64,000 bases of DNA from Patescibacteria group bacterium. Lineage in GTDB: Bacteria; Patescibacteriota; Minisyncoccia; 2-02-FULL-40-12; GWA2-44-9. Under the pieces are notes generated by a model. The model was not told where the DNA came from. It worked only from the letters and a program-made list of their open reading frames with translations, and searched no databases. Shown in pieces: positions 28,357 through 37,730 of the stretch (positions are counted from its first letter, which is position 1; each line of letters opens with the position of its first letter). Location: positions 32,585 through 96,584 of the forward strand of contig JBBTSY010000004.1 in NCBI GenBank assembly GCA_038064515.1, given 5' to 3'. Position numbers and translations under genes: made by a program.

Positions 28357-28775
28357 TGATCTGGCTCGCCGAGGCAGTACACACCAGAGAGAGTACGACA
28401 TCGCCGCCTACTGGCGGTGTGTCTCGTTCTCGCGCCAGTTGCACTGCGAAAGCCTCTCCTAGGGGTATACTGTTTCGGTTCACTTTTAGATAAATTAGCA
28501 AAAAAAAGGCCTGCGAGACAACACACGCAGACCAAGGACGGGCGACAGGACGGTATGAATTGGAGAAAAAACGAGCCACCACACGTCGCACCAGGTGGCC
28601 CAGCGATGGTTATTAAGGAGGCAGGGACCTCCCTAACTCCTCGGATGCCGCTCCAAGGATAGAGCAGATTAGCCGGTTCCCCCTGCCCGACTTGAGGGCT
28701 CTCTTGTATCCCTCGAGAGACTGCGGGTGCTTACGCAGTCCAGGCCTCCGTACCGCCCGTCAAACAGCGGCCGAT

Positions 28776-28907
28776 GAGGCCCGAAAAAAGCCAACAACTA
28801 CTTCAACTTCAGCTATCACTAGGAGAAATCTTGCTATATTCTTAACAGTCTATGAGTTCTTACTTGAATACTGGAAATAGCGTATTTACTGGCTTTTTTC
28901 GGGCCTC
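28776..28907. repeat. Perfect 17 bp inverted repeat (GAGGCCCGAAAAAAGCC / GGCTTTTTTCGGGCCTC) enclosing a 98 nt AT-rich loop
   Basis: Arms at 28776-28792 and 28891-28907. It lies in a 600 nt GC-rich non-coding region downstream of the ftsQ-like gene. Confidence 0.6.
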
Positions 28908-28973
28908 TTGCGAAGCCCAATATGAAAGGAACTACCAACCAGTACAGTATAGCATACCCAGCTATAATGTCAA

Positions 28974-29834
28974 CTACCTAGGCTGGGTTAATGATGGAGT
29001 TTGTTCCAGTGTCGGCTCGGGTGACAACGTCGGTTGTTCTCCTTTATCAAAATATACCCGCCCATCAATGCGAAGATCAATGTATTTTTTGGGATGAAAA
29101 GAGGGATCTTTACTTTTTTCTTCAAGAAATATCTTAAGGACCTCGAGTTGCTTATCTACGTTTGAATCGAGAGCAAAGACAAGATAATAACCCGCGCCGG
29201 TGTGAACTCGAAATTCATTGATCAGGTCGCCTGGAATCTCAATGTTCTTCAGAGCAATACCAAGCTCTGGCAAACGCTTCGTAACGATCTGAATCGATTT
29301 GAAAAAATCCTGATCAAGTTTAAAGCTGGTATCTCGATAGTCATTCACTGCGGTGAGCAGCGCACCCGACGAAGGAATGGCTTTCCCCCACGTTACACCC
29401 TTATCATCAAAATAAGCGCATTCGTTCTGCCGACACCAAATACCAATGGGCACACGCTCCACCCCGCTGATTTCCAGCGTATGAAAGTAATTTTTCGCAA
29501 CACGAACCTTTTCGAGAGAAGGAAATTTTTGAGCAAGGTCCTGCTCCGCGTACACCGCATTGAACAGCAGGATATCACGATATGGTCGGAAGTTCCACTG
29601 TTCGGTATTGATCATTGATTGAACATGCGCGAGCACGTCGCTTTGCTTGATTCGCTGGAAATCTTGGACATAAATGTCTCGAATCATAAATACCGAAGAA
29701 AATAGAAATAGGTATATCGCACCGCTGAAGGCAAAAAGACCGAGCGCGGTGCCGGCAACATATTTCAGAGATACGGGACGCTTCTTATTAAAGCTCCCTT
29801 GGAAACGAACATTGGTAATTGGGCCCGGTCTCAT
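28974..29834 (-). CDS. Cell-division protein FtsQ/DivIB-like (POTRA domain)
   Basis: Single N-terminal TM helix and a POTRA-like region. It overlaps serS by 4 nt, and sits in a division/cell-wall gene context. Confidence 0.55.
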   Translation of the reverse strand: MRPGPITNVRFQGSFNKKRPVSLKYVAGTALGLFAFSGAIYLFLFSSVFMIRDIYVQDFQRIKQSDVLAHVQSMINTEQWNFRPYRDILLFNAVYAEQDLAQKFPSLEKVRVAKNYFHTLEISGVERVPIGIWCRQNECAYFDDKGVTWGKAIPSSGALLTAVNDYRDTSFKLDQDFFKSIQIVTKRLPELGIALKNIEIPGDLINEFRVHTGAGYYLVFALDSNVDKQLEVLKIFLEEKSKDPSFHPKKYIDLRIDGRVYFDKGEQPTLSPEPTLEQTPSLTQPR

Positions 29835-31081
29835 TTAATTTCCTTCAAGCCACCCATATAGGACTGGAGTACTTTAGGAATTTTGATTGTTCCTTCCTTC
29901 GTTTGATAGTTCTCGAGAATTGCAATAGGAAAACGGCTTGAGACAATAGCAGTGCCATTGAGCGTGTGAGCGAAGTTATTTACTCCTTCTTCCGTTTTAT
30001 ATCTTATATTCAACCGACGAGCCTGATAATCGGTGCAGTTGCTGGTGCTGGTAATTTCACCATAGCCGCCCTGATCGCTCTTCATAGTCATCCAGGCTTC
30101 AATATCAAACTTTCGGTATGCTGGGCCACCCAAGTCGCCACTGGCAACATCGATGACGCGATACGGAATATCCAAACCGTTAACAATTTCTTTTTCAATA
30201 TTTAAAAGTTCGTCATGCATTTTTTCGCTATCCTCTGGCTTACAAAACACAAACATTTCAAGCTTCGTAAACTGATGCACGCGGTAGAGACCCTTACTGG
30301 TTCGGCCCGCGGCGCCGACTTCAGTGCGAAAGCAATGCGACAGCGCAACGTACTTCTTGGGTCCTGCTGAAAAGTCGAGAATCTCATTTGCGTGATACCC
30401 ACCTACGGTAATTTCGGCAGTTCCGATGAGGCTTAGGTCGGAATTCTCGATAGAGTATACCTGCGATTCCGGGCCACGTGGATTAAATCCGATGCCAGAA
30501 AGAATCTCATTGCGTGCCATGTCGGGAGTTTCCAGTAAGGTAAAGCCGTGTTTGGTAACTATGTCGATGCCATACTGTATTAGTGCCCGACTCAAACGCA
30601 CCAAATTATTTTTTGCAAAATAGAACTTTGCGGCGGCGACCTTTGTACCCCGTTTAAAATCAATGAGATCCAGTTCTAATAAGAGCTGTTCGTGGTCTTT
30701 CGGTGCAAAATCAAACTTTGTTTCTTTGCCTTCTATAGCCAATACCTTGTAGTCATCTTCGCTACCGATCGGAACATCGGGATGAGTGAGGTTCGGAATC
30801 TTCAAAAGCAGTTCTTTAGTTTGTGCCTCTGTAGCTCCTAAATCATGTTCGAGTTCGATAATATGTTCGCCGACTTCCCGCATCCGCACAATATCCTCGT
30901 CCGACGGCTTTCCTTTTGATGTTTTATTGCGCAGTGCCCGCATCTCATCGAGCTTGGCGATATGGGAGCGACGCTTCTCGTCTAAATCAATAAGCTGATC
31001 GACATCAACATCCACGCCGCGGTTGCGGTTGTTCTTCTTTACTGTATCTGTATTCTCTCGAATAAATTTAATATCAAGCAT
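29831..31081 (-). CDS. serS: Seryl-tRNA synthetase
   Basis: N-terminal coiled coil and class II motifs (FRTEVG..., GTAIVSSR). Confidence 0.9.
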   Translation of the reverse strand: MLDIKFIRENTDTVKKNNRNRGVDVDVDQLIDLDEKRRSHIAKLDEMRALRNKTSKGKPSDEDIVRMREVGEHIIELEHDLGATEAQTKELLLKIPNLTHPDVPIGSEDDYKVLAIEGKETKFDFAPKDHEQLLLELDLIDFKRGTKVAAAKFYFAKNNLVRLSRALIQYGIDIVTKHGFTLLETPDMARNEILSGIGFNPRGPESQVYSIENSDLSLIGTAEITVGGYHANEILDFSAGPKKYVALSHCFRTEVGAAGRTSKGLYRVHQFTKLEMFVFCKPEDSEKMHDELLNIEKEIVNGLDIPYRVIDVASGDLGGPAYRKFDIEAWMTMKSDQGGYGEITSTSNCTDYQARRLNIRYKTEEGVNNFAHTLNGTAIVSSRFPIAILENYQTKEGTIKIPKVLQSYMGGLKEIK

Positions 31082-31106
31082 AAAAATAGTTTCTAGTTTT
31101 TAGTGG

Positions 31107-32570
31107 TTATCCCCGGGGCTTCATTGTCGGGAATAATAAGATTTCTCGCAATGAACGCGAATCGGTCAGAAGCGCGACAAGGCGATCGATGCCGATGCCG
31201 ATGCCTGCCGCCGGCGGCATACCGTGTTCCAGCGCTTCGATAAACTCTTCATCCAGCCGTTGGGCTTCTTCATTCCCTTTCTCGTGCATTTTTTCCTGAT
31301 TTTCGAATCGCTCCAATTGATCGATTGGATCATTAAGCTCGGAAAACGCATTGGCCATTTCCGTGCCGCCAACCAGTAATTGGAAGCGTGCCACGTTTTC
31401 TGATTCGGACGACAGCTTCTTTGATAGCGGCGAGAGATCGATGGGATGGTTGATAACGAATACCGGATCAATCATTTCATGACGCGCCAGTTTTTTGAAA
31501 ATTTCATCAGCGATGTTGCCTTTTGTCATCGCTTTATCAATCTGCATGCCGAGCTCTTGGGCTTTGCCGCGGAATGCCTCTTCGTCCGCATGTTCGTAAT
31601 CAAGACCGGAATACTTCTTCACGACATCGTTGAATTCCATCCGCGCAAACGGCTTTCGAAAATTGATTGTGTTGCCGTCATACTTGATTGAAGTTTGGCC
31701 ATACAGCTCCATAGTCAAAAATTCAAAAAGATTCTCGGTGAGCTTCATGAGCCATTCGTAATCCTGATATGCCGCATAAGCTTCAAGCATCGTGAATTCC
31801 GGATTGTGTTCCTTGTCCATGCCTTCATTTCGAAAGTTTTTGCCAATTTCGAATATTCGCTCAAGGCCGCCCACTAGCAGGCGTTTCAAATACAGCTCCG
31901 GCGCAACACGAAGGTAGAGATCAATATCCAGATCATTCATATGCGTTTTAAACGGGCGCGCAGTTGCGCCACCCGGCAGTGGTTGGAGTATCGGAGTTTC
32001 AACTTCGAGATAATTGTTCTCTTTGAAAAACTGGCGGACCAAATCGATAATTTTGAAGCGAAGAAGAAATTTCTCTTTTACTTCCGGATTAAAGATCAGG
32101 TCCAAGTAGCGCTTGCGGAAACGATCCTCCACATCCTGAAGGCCATGCCATTTCTCCGGCAATGGCAATAGAGCTTTCGTCAAGAGGCGATATTTTTCCA
32201 CCTGAAGCGTACGTTCAGATTTCTTGGTAAGAAAGAGGGAACCGGACACTTCAAGAAAGTCCCCGATATCAATCGTCTCAATAAAAAAATTATATTCGCG
32301 ATCACCGACGAGGTCTTTCTTAAAATATACTTGAACGGATCCGCTACCGTCATCAATATTAAGGAAAGTAGAACCGCCATGCCCGCGTACCGCCAATACG
32401 CGTCCCGCCAAGACAAGAAACTTCTTATCTGCCATGAGGCCTTCAAAATCCTCAAGAACATCACCAATAGTGTGAGTACGCCATGATTTTGCCGGATAAG
32501 GATCGATGCCGGCTTTCTTTAATTTTTCGAGCTTCTCAAGTCGGGCGACTAAGATTTCATCTAGTGGCAT
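31107..32570 (-). CDS. lysS: Lysyl-tRNA synthetase, class II
   Basis: OB-fold N-terminus and class II motifs. I place the start at MPLDEILVARLEK (32570), so that the greA terminator lies upstream rather than inside the gene. Confidence 0.85.
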   Translation of the reverse strand: MPLDEILVARLEKLEKLKKAGIDPYPAKSWRTHTIGDVLEDFEGLMADKKFLVLAGRVLAVRGHGGSTFLNIDDGSGSVQVYFKKDLVGDREYNFFIETIDIGDFLEVSGSLFLTKKSERTLQVEKYRLLTKALLPLPEKWHGLQDVEDRFRKRYLDLIFNPEVKEKFLLRFKIIDLVRQFFKENNYLEVETPILQPLPGGATARPFKTHMNDLDIDLYLRVAPELYLKRLLVGGLERIFEIGKNFRNEGMDKEHNPEFTMLEAYAAYQDYEWLMKLTENLFEFLTMELYGQTSIKYDGNTINFRKPFARMEFNDVVKKYSGLDYEHADEEAFRGKAQELGMQIDKAMTKGNIADEIFKKLARHEMIDPVFVINHPIDLSPLSKKLSSESENVARFQLLVGGTEMANAFSELNDPIDQLERFENQEKMHEKGNEEAQRLDEEFIEALEHGMPPAAGIGIGIDRLVALLTDSRSLREILLFPTMKPRG

Positions 32571-32611
32571 AATTACTACAGTATAGCGGTTAAAATATAA
32601 ATTACAACATG

Positions 32612-32640
32612 AAAAATGCCCCTTTCGAGGCACTTTTCTT
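32612..32640 (-). terminator. Terminator hairpin downstream of greA
   Basis: Minus-sense GUGCC-ucgaaagg-GGCAU followed by UUUUUC. Confidence 0.45.
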
Positions 32641-32683
32641 CTTTACCTCTTCGTATCCGCGATCGGGATTTCATTCGTTATAC

Positions 32684-33142
32684 TTATTTTACCTCGACGA
32701 GTTTATATTCAGTCGTCCCTTTCGGAGTTTTCACTTGAATTAGATCGCCTTTCTTATGGCCCAGGAAGGCGCTCCCTAAAGGAGATTCATTTGAAATATA
32801 GCCTTCCTGGGGATTCGATTCGGCAACTCCAACAATAACAAACCGCTTTATGCCGGCTTTAGATTCTACCTTGACGCTCGAACCGACGTTTACCGTGGTG
32901 CCGCCGCGGCCGTCGCCAATCAGGATCGCTTTCTCAAGAATCGATTTAATTTCTTCGATACGGCCTTCGTTGAGCGACTGGGCTTCTTTCGCCTCCGCAT
33001 ACTCGGCATTCTCGGAAAGATCACCAAGCTCCTTTGCTTCCCGTATGCGCGTAGCAATTTCGGGACGCAATACATTAGTCCGTTTTTCAAGTTCTTGCCC
33101 AAGTTTTTCGAGGCCCTCTTGGCTAAAATACTGGTTATTCAT
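32684..33142 (-). CDS. greA: Transcription elongation factor GreA
   Basis: Coiled-coil N-terminus and an FKBP-like C-terminus. The start is MNNQYF at 33140-33142. Confidence 0.85.
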   Translation of the reverse strand: MNNQYFSQEGLEKLGQELEKRTNVLRPEIATRIREAKELGDLSENAEYAEAKEAQSLNEGRIEEIKSILEKAILIGDGRGGTTVNVGSSVKVESKAGIKRFVIVGVAESNPQEGYISNESPLGSAFLGHKKGDLIQVKTPKGTTEYKLVEVK

Positions 33143-33263
33143 CCCGTATGAAGCAGTACAGACCAAAGCGGATCACCGCTTCAGCGTATACTGCGTAAGT
33201 TATGCAACATATCAAAACTACATTTACGAACCCGCTAGGGCTGCTTCTAACGGGATTCATGAT
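33139..33263 (-). promoter_or_regulatory. Conserved 5'-leader RNA element, copy A: a 14 bp long-range helix whose 3' strand abuts the greA AUG
   Basis: In mRNA sense: AUGAAUCCCGUUAGAAGCAGCCCUAGCGGGUUC ...73 nt... CUGUACUGCUUCAUACGGGAUGAAU. A homologous element with compensatory changes is at 47684-47803. Confidence 0.5.
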
Positions 33264-33317
33264 ATGGTAATGGTCTACTCTAGCTGGTTTCCTTAAAAAT
33301 GTAAACCCCCCAGCTAT

Positions 33318-35222
33318 TTATTGTGTTTTTCTATTTGGATCAAAGTACCATTTAAGAAAATCGTAGGCCGTTCGGGTAGCATGCCCTTCATTTGAAGCCG
33401 CACCTTCGATGAGAATTGTAATTGCCACTTCCGGGTTCTCGAACGGTGCAAAGGCGGTAAAAAGCGAGTTAATGCTTGTGTTTTTTACTACTTCGGCAGT
33501 ACCGGTTTTGGCCCCTGCTGTGACTGGCAAGCCGGAAAGAAGTTTTGCCGTTCCCGACAAGACTGTCTCTTGCATATCTCGTTTCACCTCGCGGATAACC
33601 TCGTCTTTGAAAGGCAATCGGCCCAGGGCGTCAGGCTGAAATACTCGGATAGGATTCTTACTGTTATCGACAATGCGGTTTACCACGGAGGGCTTATACA
33701 TCGTCCCGCCATTGGCAATGGCCGATATATAACTATTAATCCATAGAGGCGATACGACAAGATCTCCCTGGCCGATGGAAATATTGTATGTGTCGCCAAG
33801 GTACCAGTTCTCATTCGTATTTTTTCTTTTCCACTCCGGAGTAGGCACGAAGCCTTTTTCTTCTCCCGGCAGATCAATGCCCAGGATCGCATCAGCCCAC
33901 GCACCTTTTAAATACTTAGCGATCCTACTGATGCCAAGCCCCGGAATGTCGTTATGGCCACCGCCAAGAGTGTAGAAGAATACATTACACGAGTCAGCAA
34001 TAGCGCGTCGCAGGTTAAACGGCCCCAAATCTACCCGCCAGTTTTTATAAATTGTTGGTTCGTTGGGCTTGAGCGGATTCGGGATTGTGATATTCACACA
34101 ATCCTGAATGGTAGTATTTCGAGTAATCACTCCTTCTTCAAGGCCTGCCATACCTATGAACGGCTTAATCACTGAACCGGGATTATACAATCCGCTTACG
34201 GCCCGGTTGAACAGCGGCTTACTGGGGCTAAGGAATAGCTTCTCAAATTCTTCTTGAGAAACTGCAGAGTTAAAAATATTATTATCGTATCCTGGAAAAC
34301 TCACCATGCCGAGCACGGCGCCACTCCGCGGATCCTGAACAATTGCCGCCGCACGACCCAGATTTGCAGTGCGCAAGGTGTTAAACAGCGTATTATAAAG
34401 CGTTTCCTGAATATCATGGTTGAGATTCAGGACTACATCATCGCCGGGAGCGGGTTCCTGTTGGGTACTACTGCCTTCTTGCTGGGTGAAAAAAATCCGG
34501 CCGTGCGTCCCTCGAAGCGCTTCTTCATAGGCGGCTTCGATGCCGGCGCGACCGATTGAGTCAGATACTAGATAGTACGAATCCTTTTCCAGGTTATCTC
34601 TGCTCACCTTTCCGATATAACCGACAACCGTAGAAAATTGATGTCCATCGATATATGAACGCTTTGTCGTAGCGACCACATAAAAACCTTTAAGATTTAA
34701 CTGACTGAACGCAAGCACGATTTCTTTGGGAATGTCGGAAGCGACAATAAAAAGAGAGTTATTTTTGGCTCCATCAGTGATGAGGGCATTCGTCTCTTCC
34801 GGGTTTTTGCTTAAAATTTTTGCAAGAACGTCAACATTTTCTTTCAGCTGGGCGGCGTCCCGCGGAAGATCACGAGAAATCGCCACGAGATCAAAGCTAG
34901 GCACATTTTTGACCAATGCCTGGCCTTCATTATCAAAAATTAATCCCCGCGGCGGCGAAATCGTAAAATTTACCGTTTTATTCTGCGTCGCAAGATCAGC
35001 GTAGAATGCATTGCCTAAGATACTTATCTTGAAAGTCCCAAATGAGATCACGGCAAAGAGTACGACGATGATGCCGGTGGTGATCCGAAAAACATTCATT
35101 GAAATCGGTTGTTCAATATTTGAATAATCGCTACTTGAATCCATCAGGGTTTCTTCCGGGGTTACCCAGTCGTCATGGCTAACGCTAATGCGATATTCCT
35201 TTTTTTTGTAAAATGAAATCAT
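33318..35222 (-). CDS. mrdA: Penicillin-binding protein 2 (class B transpeptidase)
   Basis: N-terminal TM helix, dimerisation domain, SVIKP (SxxK) and KTGTA. Confidence 0.85.
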   Translation of the reverse strand: MISFYKKKEYRISVSHDDWVTPEETLMDSSSDYSNIEQPISMNVFRITTGIIVVLFAVISFGTFKISILGNAFYADLATQNKTVNFTISPPRGLIFDNEGQALVKNVPSFDLVAISRDLPRDAAQLKENVDVLAKILSKNPEETNALITDGAKNNSLFIVASDIPKEIVLAFSQLNLKGFYVVATTKRSYIDGHQFSTVVGYIGKVSRDNLEKDSYYLVSDSIGRAGIEAAYEEALRGTHGRIFFTQQEGSSTQQEPAPGDDVVLNLNHDIQETLYNTLFNTLRTANLGRAAAIVQDPRSGAVLGMVSFPGYDNNIFNSAVSQEEFEKLFLSPSKPLFNRAVSGLYNPGSVIKPFIGMAGLEEGVITRNTTIQDCVNITIPNPLKPNEPTIYKNWRVDLGPFNLRRAIADSCNVFFYTLGGGHNDIPGLGISRIAKYLKGAWADAILGIDLPGEEKGFVPTPEWKRKNTNENWYLGDTYNISIGQGDLVVSPLWINSYISAIANGGTMYKPSVVNRIVDNSKNPIRVFQPDALGRLPFKDEVIREVKRDMQETVLSGTAKLLSGLPVTAGAKTGTAEVVKNTSINSLFTAFAPFENPEVAITILIEGAASNEGHATRTAYDFLKWYFDPNRKTQ

Positions 35223-35734
35223 TGTTTTAATCGTTTATAGAGACACAAACGAATGAGGCTTACCATAACTACCAATGCGATAAGATGGTAGATCAAAATC
35301 TGGGAATTCCGGAGCATTGCCATTATATCAAAAGATTGCGAAAAGAATACTCGATTTATTCCCGCAACAGATCCTAAAAATACCAGGACCAGAATGCTCC
35401 CGAGAACAAGCGCAGTAACATTATTCATCAGCCCTCCTTCAATTGATATTAGTGGCTGTATATTGATCAATCGCAAAAACGCTCCATATACCAGAAACGC
35501 TATAAGAAATGGGGCCGTAAGCATGCCAAATGGCAGACCGGAGAACACTTCACCCGTAAACGCAAATGCAAGGCCTGCAATAATGGAGAACTGGCCAGCT
35601 CCGAAACACAGCGGAATCGCCAGAAGAAAAGCAGGAATTGCCGCATGCGCATAGATGCCGAGAAACGAAGGAATAATGGCATTCCCAATCAGCGCTACAA
35701 TGAAAACGATAAAAAGTGCGACGACTGCGCGCAT
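35219..35734 (-). CDS. mreD: Rod-shape protein MreD-like
   Basis: 5 TM helices, 171 aa. Assigned by its position after mreC and before the PBP2 gene. Confidence 0.5.
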   Translation of the reverse strand: MRAVVALFIVFIVALIGNAIIPSFLGIYAHAAIPAFLLAIPLCFGAGQFSIIAGLAFAFTGEVFSGLPFGMLTAPFLIAFLVYGAFLRLINIQPLISIEGGLMNNVTALVLGSILVLVFLGSVAGINRVFFSQSFDIMAMLRNSQILIYHLIALVVMVSLIRLCLYKRLKQ

Positions 35735-35736
35735 GG

Positions 35737-36528
35737 CTATGGCTTTAAAAGTAATACGGGACCAAGAGGAATCTTTCGCATCGCTGGATCTATTTTTACT
35801 TTTTTAAAAACTGCTGAATCGTTGGCCTCAATATAGCTTACTCGGCCGATTGTGAGTCCTGCCGGGAAACCGTCATTGCCATTTGAGATAATCGTATCTC
35901 CTTCAGCAATTTGATCTTCTTGAACTACGAGATTTAATATTATACCGTTCTCCAGATTTCCTTTGGTAATTCCCATAGTCGGTTTACCGAGAACTTGAGC
36001 GCTAATTTCTAACGCCGGATCGTTGATGAGCTGGACTCGGGATGTTGTCGGCAATATTTCCTTGATACGTCCGACCAATACTCCTTCTTCAGTAATGACA
36101 ACCTGACCCGCCGTCACGCCATGATTACTACCGCGATTGATGAGCGCATTATATCCGGGAGGGTCAAAATCGATCATGAACATTCCAGCGGCCAATGCCG
36201 GCTGAATATTTTTTATCGTGATCTTCAATGACTTGCGAAGAAAATCATTCTCGTTTTCCAGCGCTTCTCTATCCCCAATCCGAGCCACTAACGCTATATT
36301 CTCCTGACGGAGGCGTGCATTCTCTTTCGTGAGATCTTTGATATGCCCGAATTCTCCCGCCATAGTCCGCGCGATACTGGATCGCTCAAAGATATATGCC
36401 ATCGGCGATCCGATCAAACCGAGAGCTCGAGAAGTGAGAGCATTATTAAAGACATGCGCGTTTACGAGTCCCACGCCGGCAATCACGATAAGAAAAATAA
36501 ATATCAATCGATATGATAGGCGTGCCAT
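35737..36528 (-). CDS. mreC: Rod-shape protein MreC
   Basis: N-terminal TM helix, coiled coil and beta-rich domains. Confidence 0.75.
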   Translation of the reverse strand: MARLSYRLIFIFLIVIAGVGLVNAHVFNNALTSRALGLIGSPMAYIFERSSIARTMAGEFGHIKDLTKENARLRQENIALVARIGDREALENENDFLRKSLKITIKNIQPALAAGMFMIDFDPPGYNALINRGSNHGVTAGQVVITEEGVLVGRIKEILPTTSRVQLINDPALEISAQVLGKPTMGITKGNLENGIILNLVVQEDQIAEGDTIISNGNDGFPAGLTIGRVSYIEANDSAVFKKVKIDPAMRKIPLGPVLLLKP

Positions 36529-36547
36529 GGTGAATTCTGCTGTTATC

Positions 36548-37597
36548 TTAAATATATCCTTCTTGCTGTGTCGAGAGAAGTATCGGTTTTAGTTCTTCTA
36601 AATGTTCCAAGATATATCCGCATCCGCGGGCAACAGCAGTAAGCGGATCGTCAACAATTTTAACACCCAGTTTTGTTTCATGGGCGATAAGCCGGTCAAG
36701 ACCTTTTAAAAGTGCTCCGCCGCCGGCTAGATAAATTTGGCGGTTAATGAGGTCTGCGGTTAGTTCAGGAGGTGTTTCTTCGATGGTATTCTTAACTGCC
36801 ATTACGATACTCTTGACAGAGCGTTGCATCGCATCGCGAATCTCTTCTGAAGTCACTGAAATTTGTTTGGGCAAACCAGAAACAAGATCTCGGCCCCGCA
36901 CTGTCCCTTCCAATTCTTCTTCCAGGGGATATGCGGAACCAAGCAGGATTTTTAGATTCTCCGCCGTCGCCTCGCCAATTAATAGATTACGCTCTTCCCG
37001 CAAATAGCGGAGAATATCTTCATTTAATTTGTCACCGGCAATGCGAAGTGAACGAGCAGCGATCGTGCCATTCATGGAGATAAGAGCAACTTCAGTGGTG
37101 CCGCCGCCTACTGCGACAATGACATTAGGCACGGCATCTTGAATCGGTAAGCGCGTACCGATAGCTGCCGCCATCGGCTCTTCAACAAGGTACACCTCTC
37201 GAGCGCCGGCATTGTACGTCGCATCTTCGACGGCTCTTTTTTCCACTTCTGTTACGCCCGATGGCACGCTGATTACTACGCGAGGCCGCGGTAAAATCGT
37301 AAATCCCCCCTTATGGACTTTATCTACGAAATATTTCAACATTTGTTCGGTCACCTCAAAGTCAGAAACAACGCCGGAGACTAAGGGTCGCGTTACAGTA
37401 ATATATCCCGGCGTCCTGCCAACCATGCGCCGGGCACCAGAACCAATATCAAGAATTTTGCCGGTTTTCTGGTTTATTGCAACGATGGAAGGTTCATTGA
37501 TGACGATACCTTTTCCGCGCACATAGACGAGAGTGTTGGCAGTCCCGAGATCAATTCCAATATCTTTTGACCAAATTCCGAAGAATCTATTGAGCAT
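36548..37597 (-). CDS. mreB: Actin-like rod-shape protein MreB
   Basis: DLGTANTLVYV phosphate-1 motif and VVAVGGGTTEVA. Confidence 0.9.
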   Translation of the reverse strand: MLNRFFGIWSKDIGIDLGTANTLVYVRGKGIVINEPSIVAINQKTGKILDIGSGARRMVGRTPGYITVTRPLVSGVVSDFEVTEQMLKYFVDKVHKGGFTILPRPRVVISVPSGVTEVEKRAVEDATYNAGAREVYLVEEPMAAAIGTRLPIQDAVPNVIVAVGGGTTEVALISMNGTIAARSLRIAGDKLNEDILRYLREERNLLIGEATAENLKILLGSAYPLEEELEGTVRGRDLVSGLPKQISVTSEEIRDAMQRSVKSIVMAVKNTIEETPPELTADLINRQIYLAGGGALLKGLDRLIAHETKLGVKIVDDPLTAVARGCGYILEHLEELKPILLSTQQEGYI

Positions 37598-37675
37598 AGT
37601 GGTAATATTTCTAGCACATACCTGCCTGCCGGTAGGCCGGTGGCTTCCCTACCTTAGCAGAATTAGTATCAACAA

Positions 37676-37705
37676 GCAAAAAAGCCCTTAATTGGGACTT
37701 TTTTG
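37676..37705 (-). terminator. Terminator hairpin downstream of proS
   Basis: Minus-sense AAAAAAGUCCC-aauua-AGGGCUUUUUUG. Confidence 0.55.
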
Positions 37706-37730
37706 GATAAAATTAGAATAGATATAGGTT

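Noticed and set aside
28357-28973. tmRNA or RNase P RNA
   Set aside because: I could not find a tRNA-like acceptor/T-arm pair with a plausible tag ORF ending in hydrophobic residues before tandem stops, and I could not find the P4 GGAAAGUCCGG / ACAGAANCCGGCUUA pair. This is left as an unclassified ncRNA candidate.
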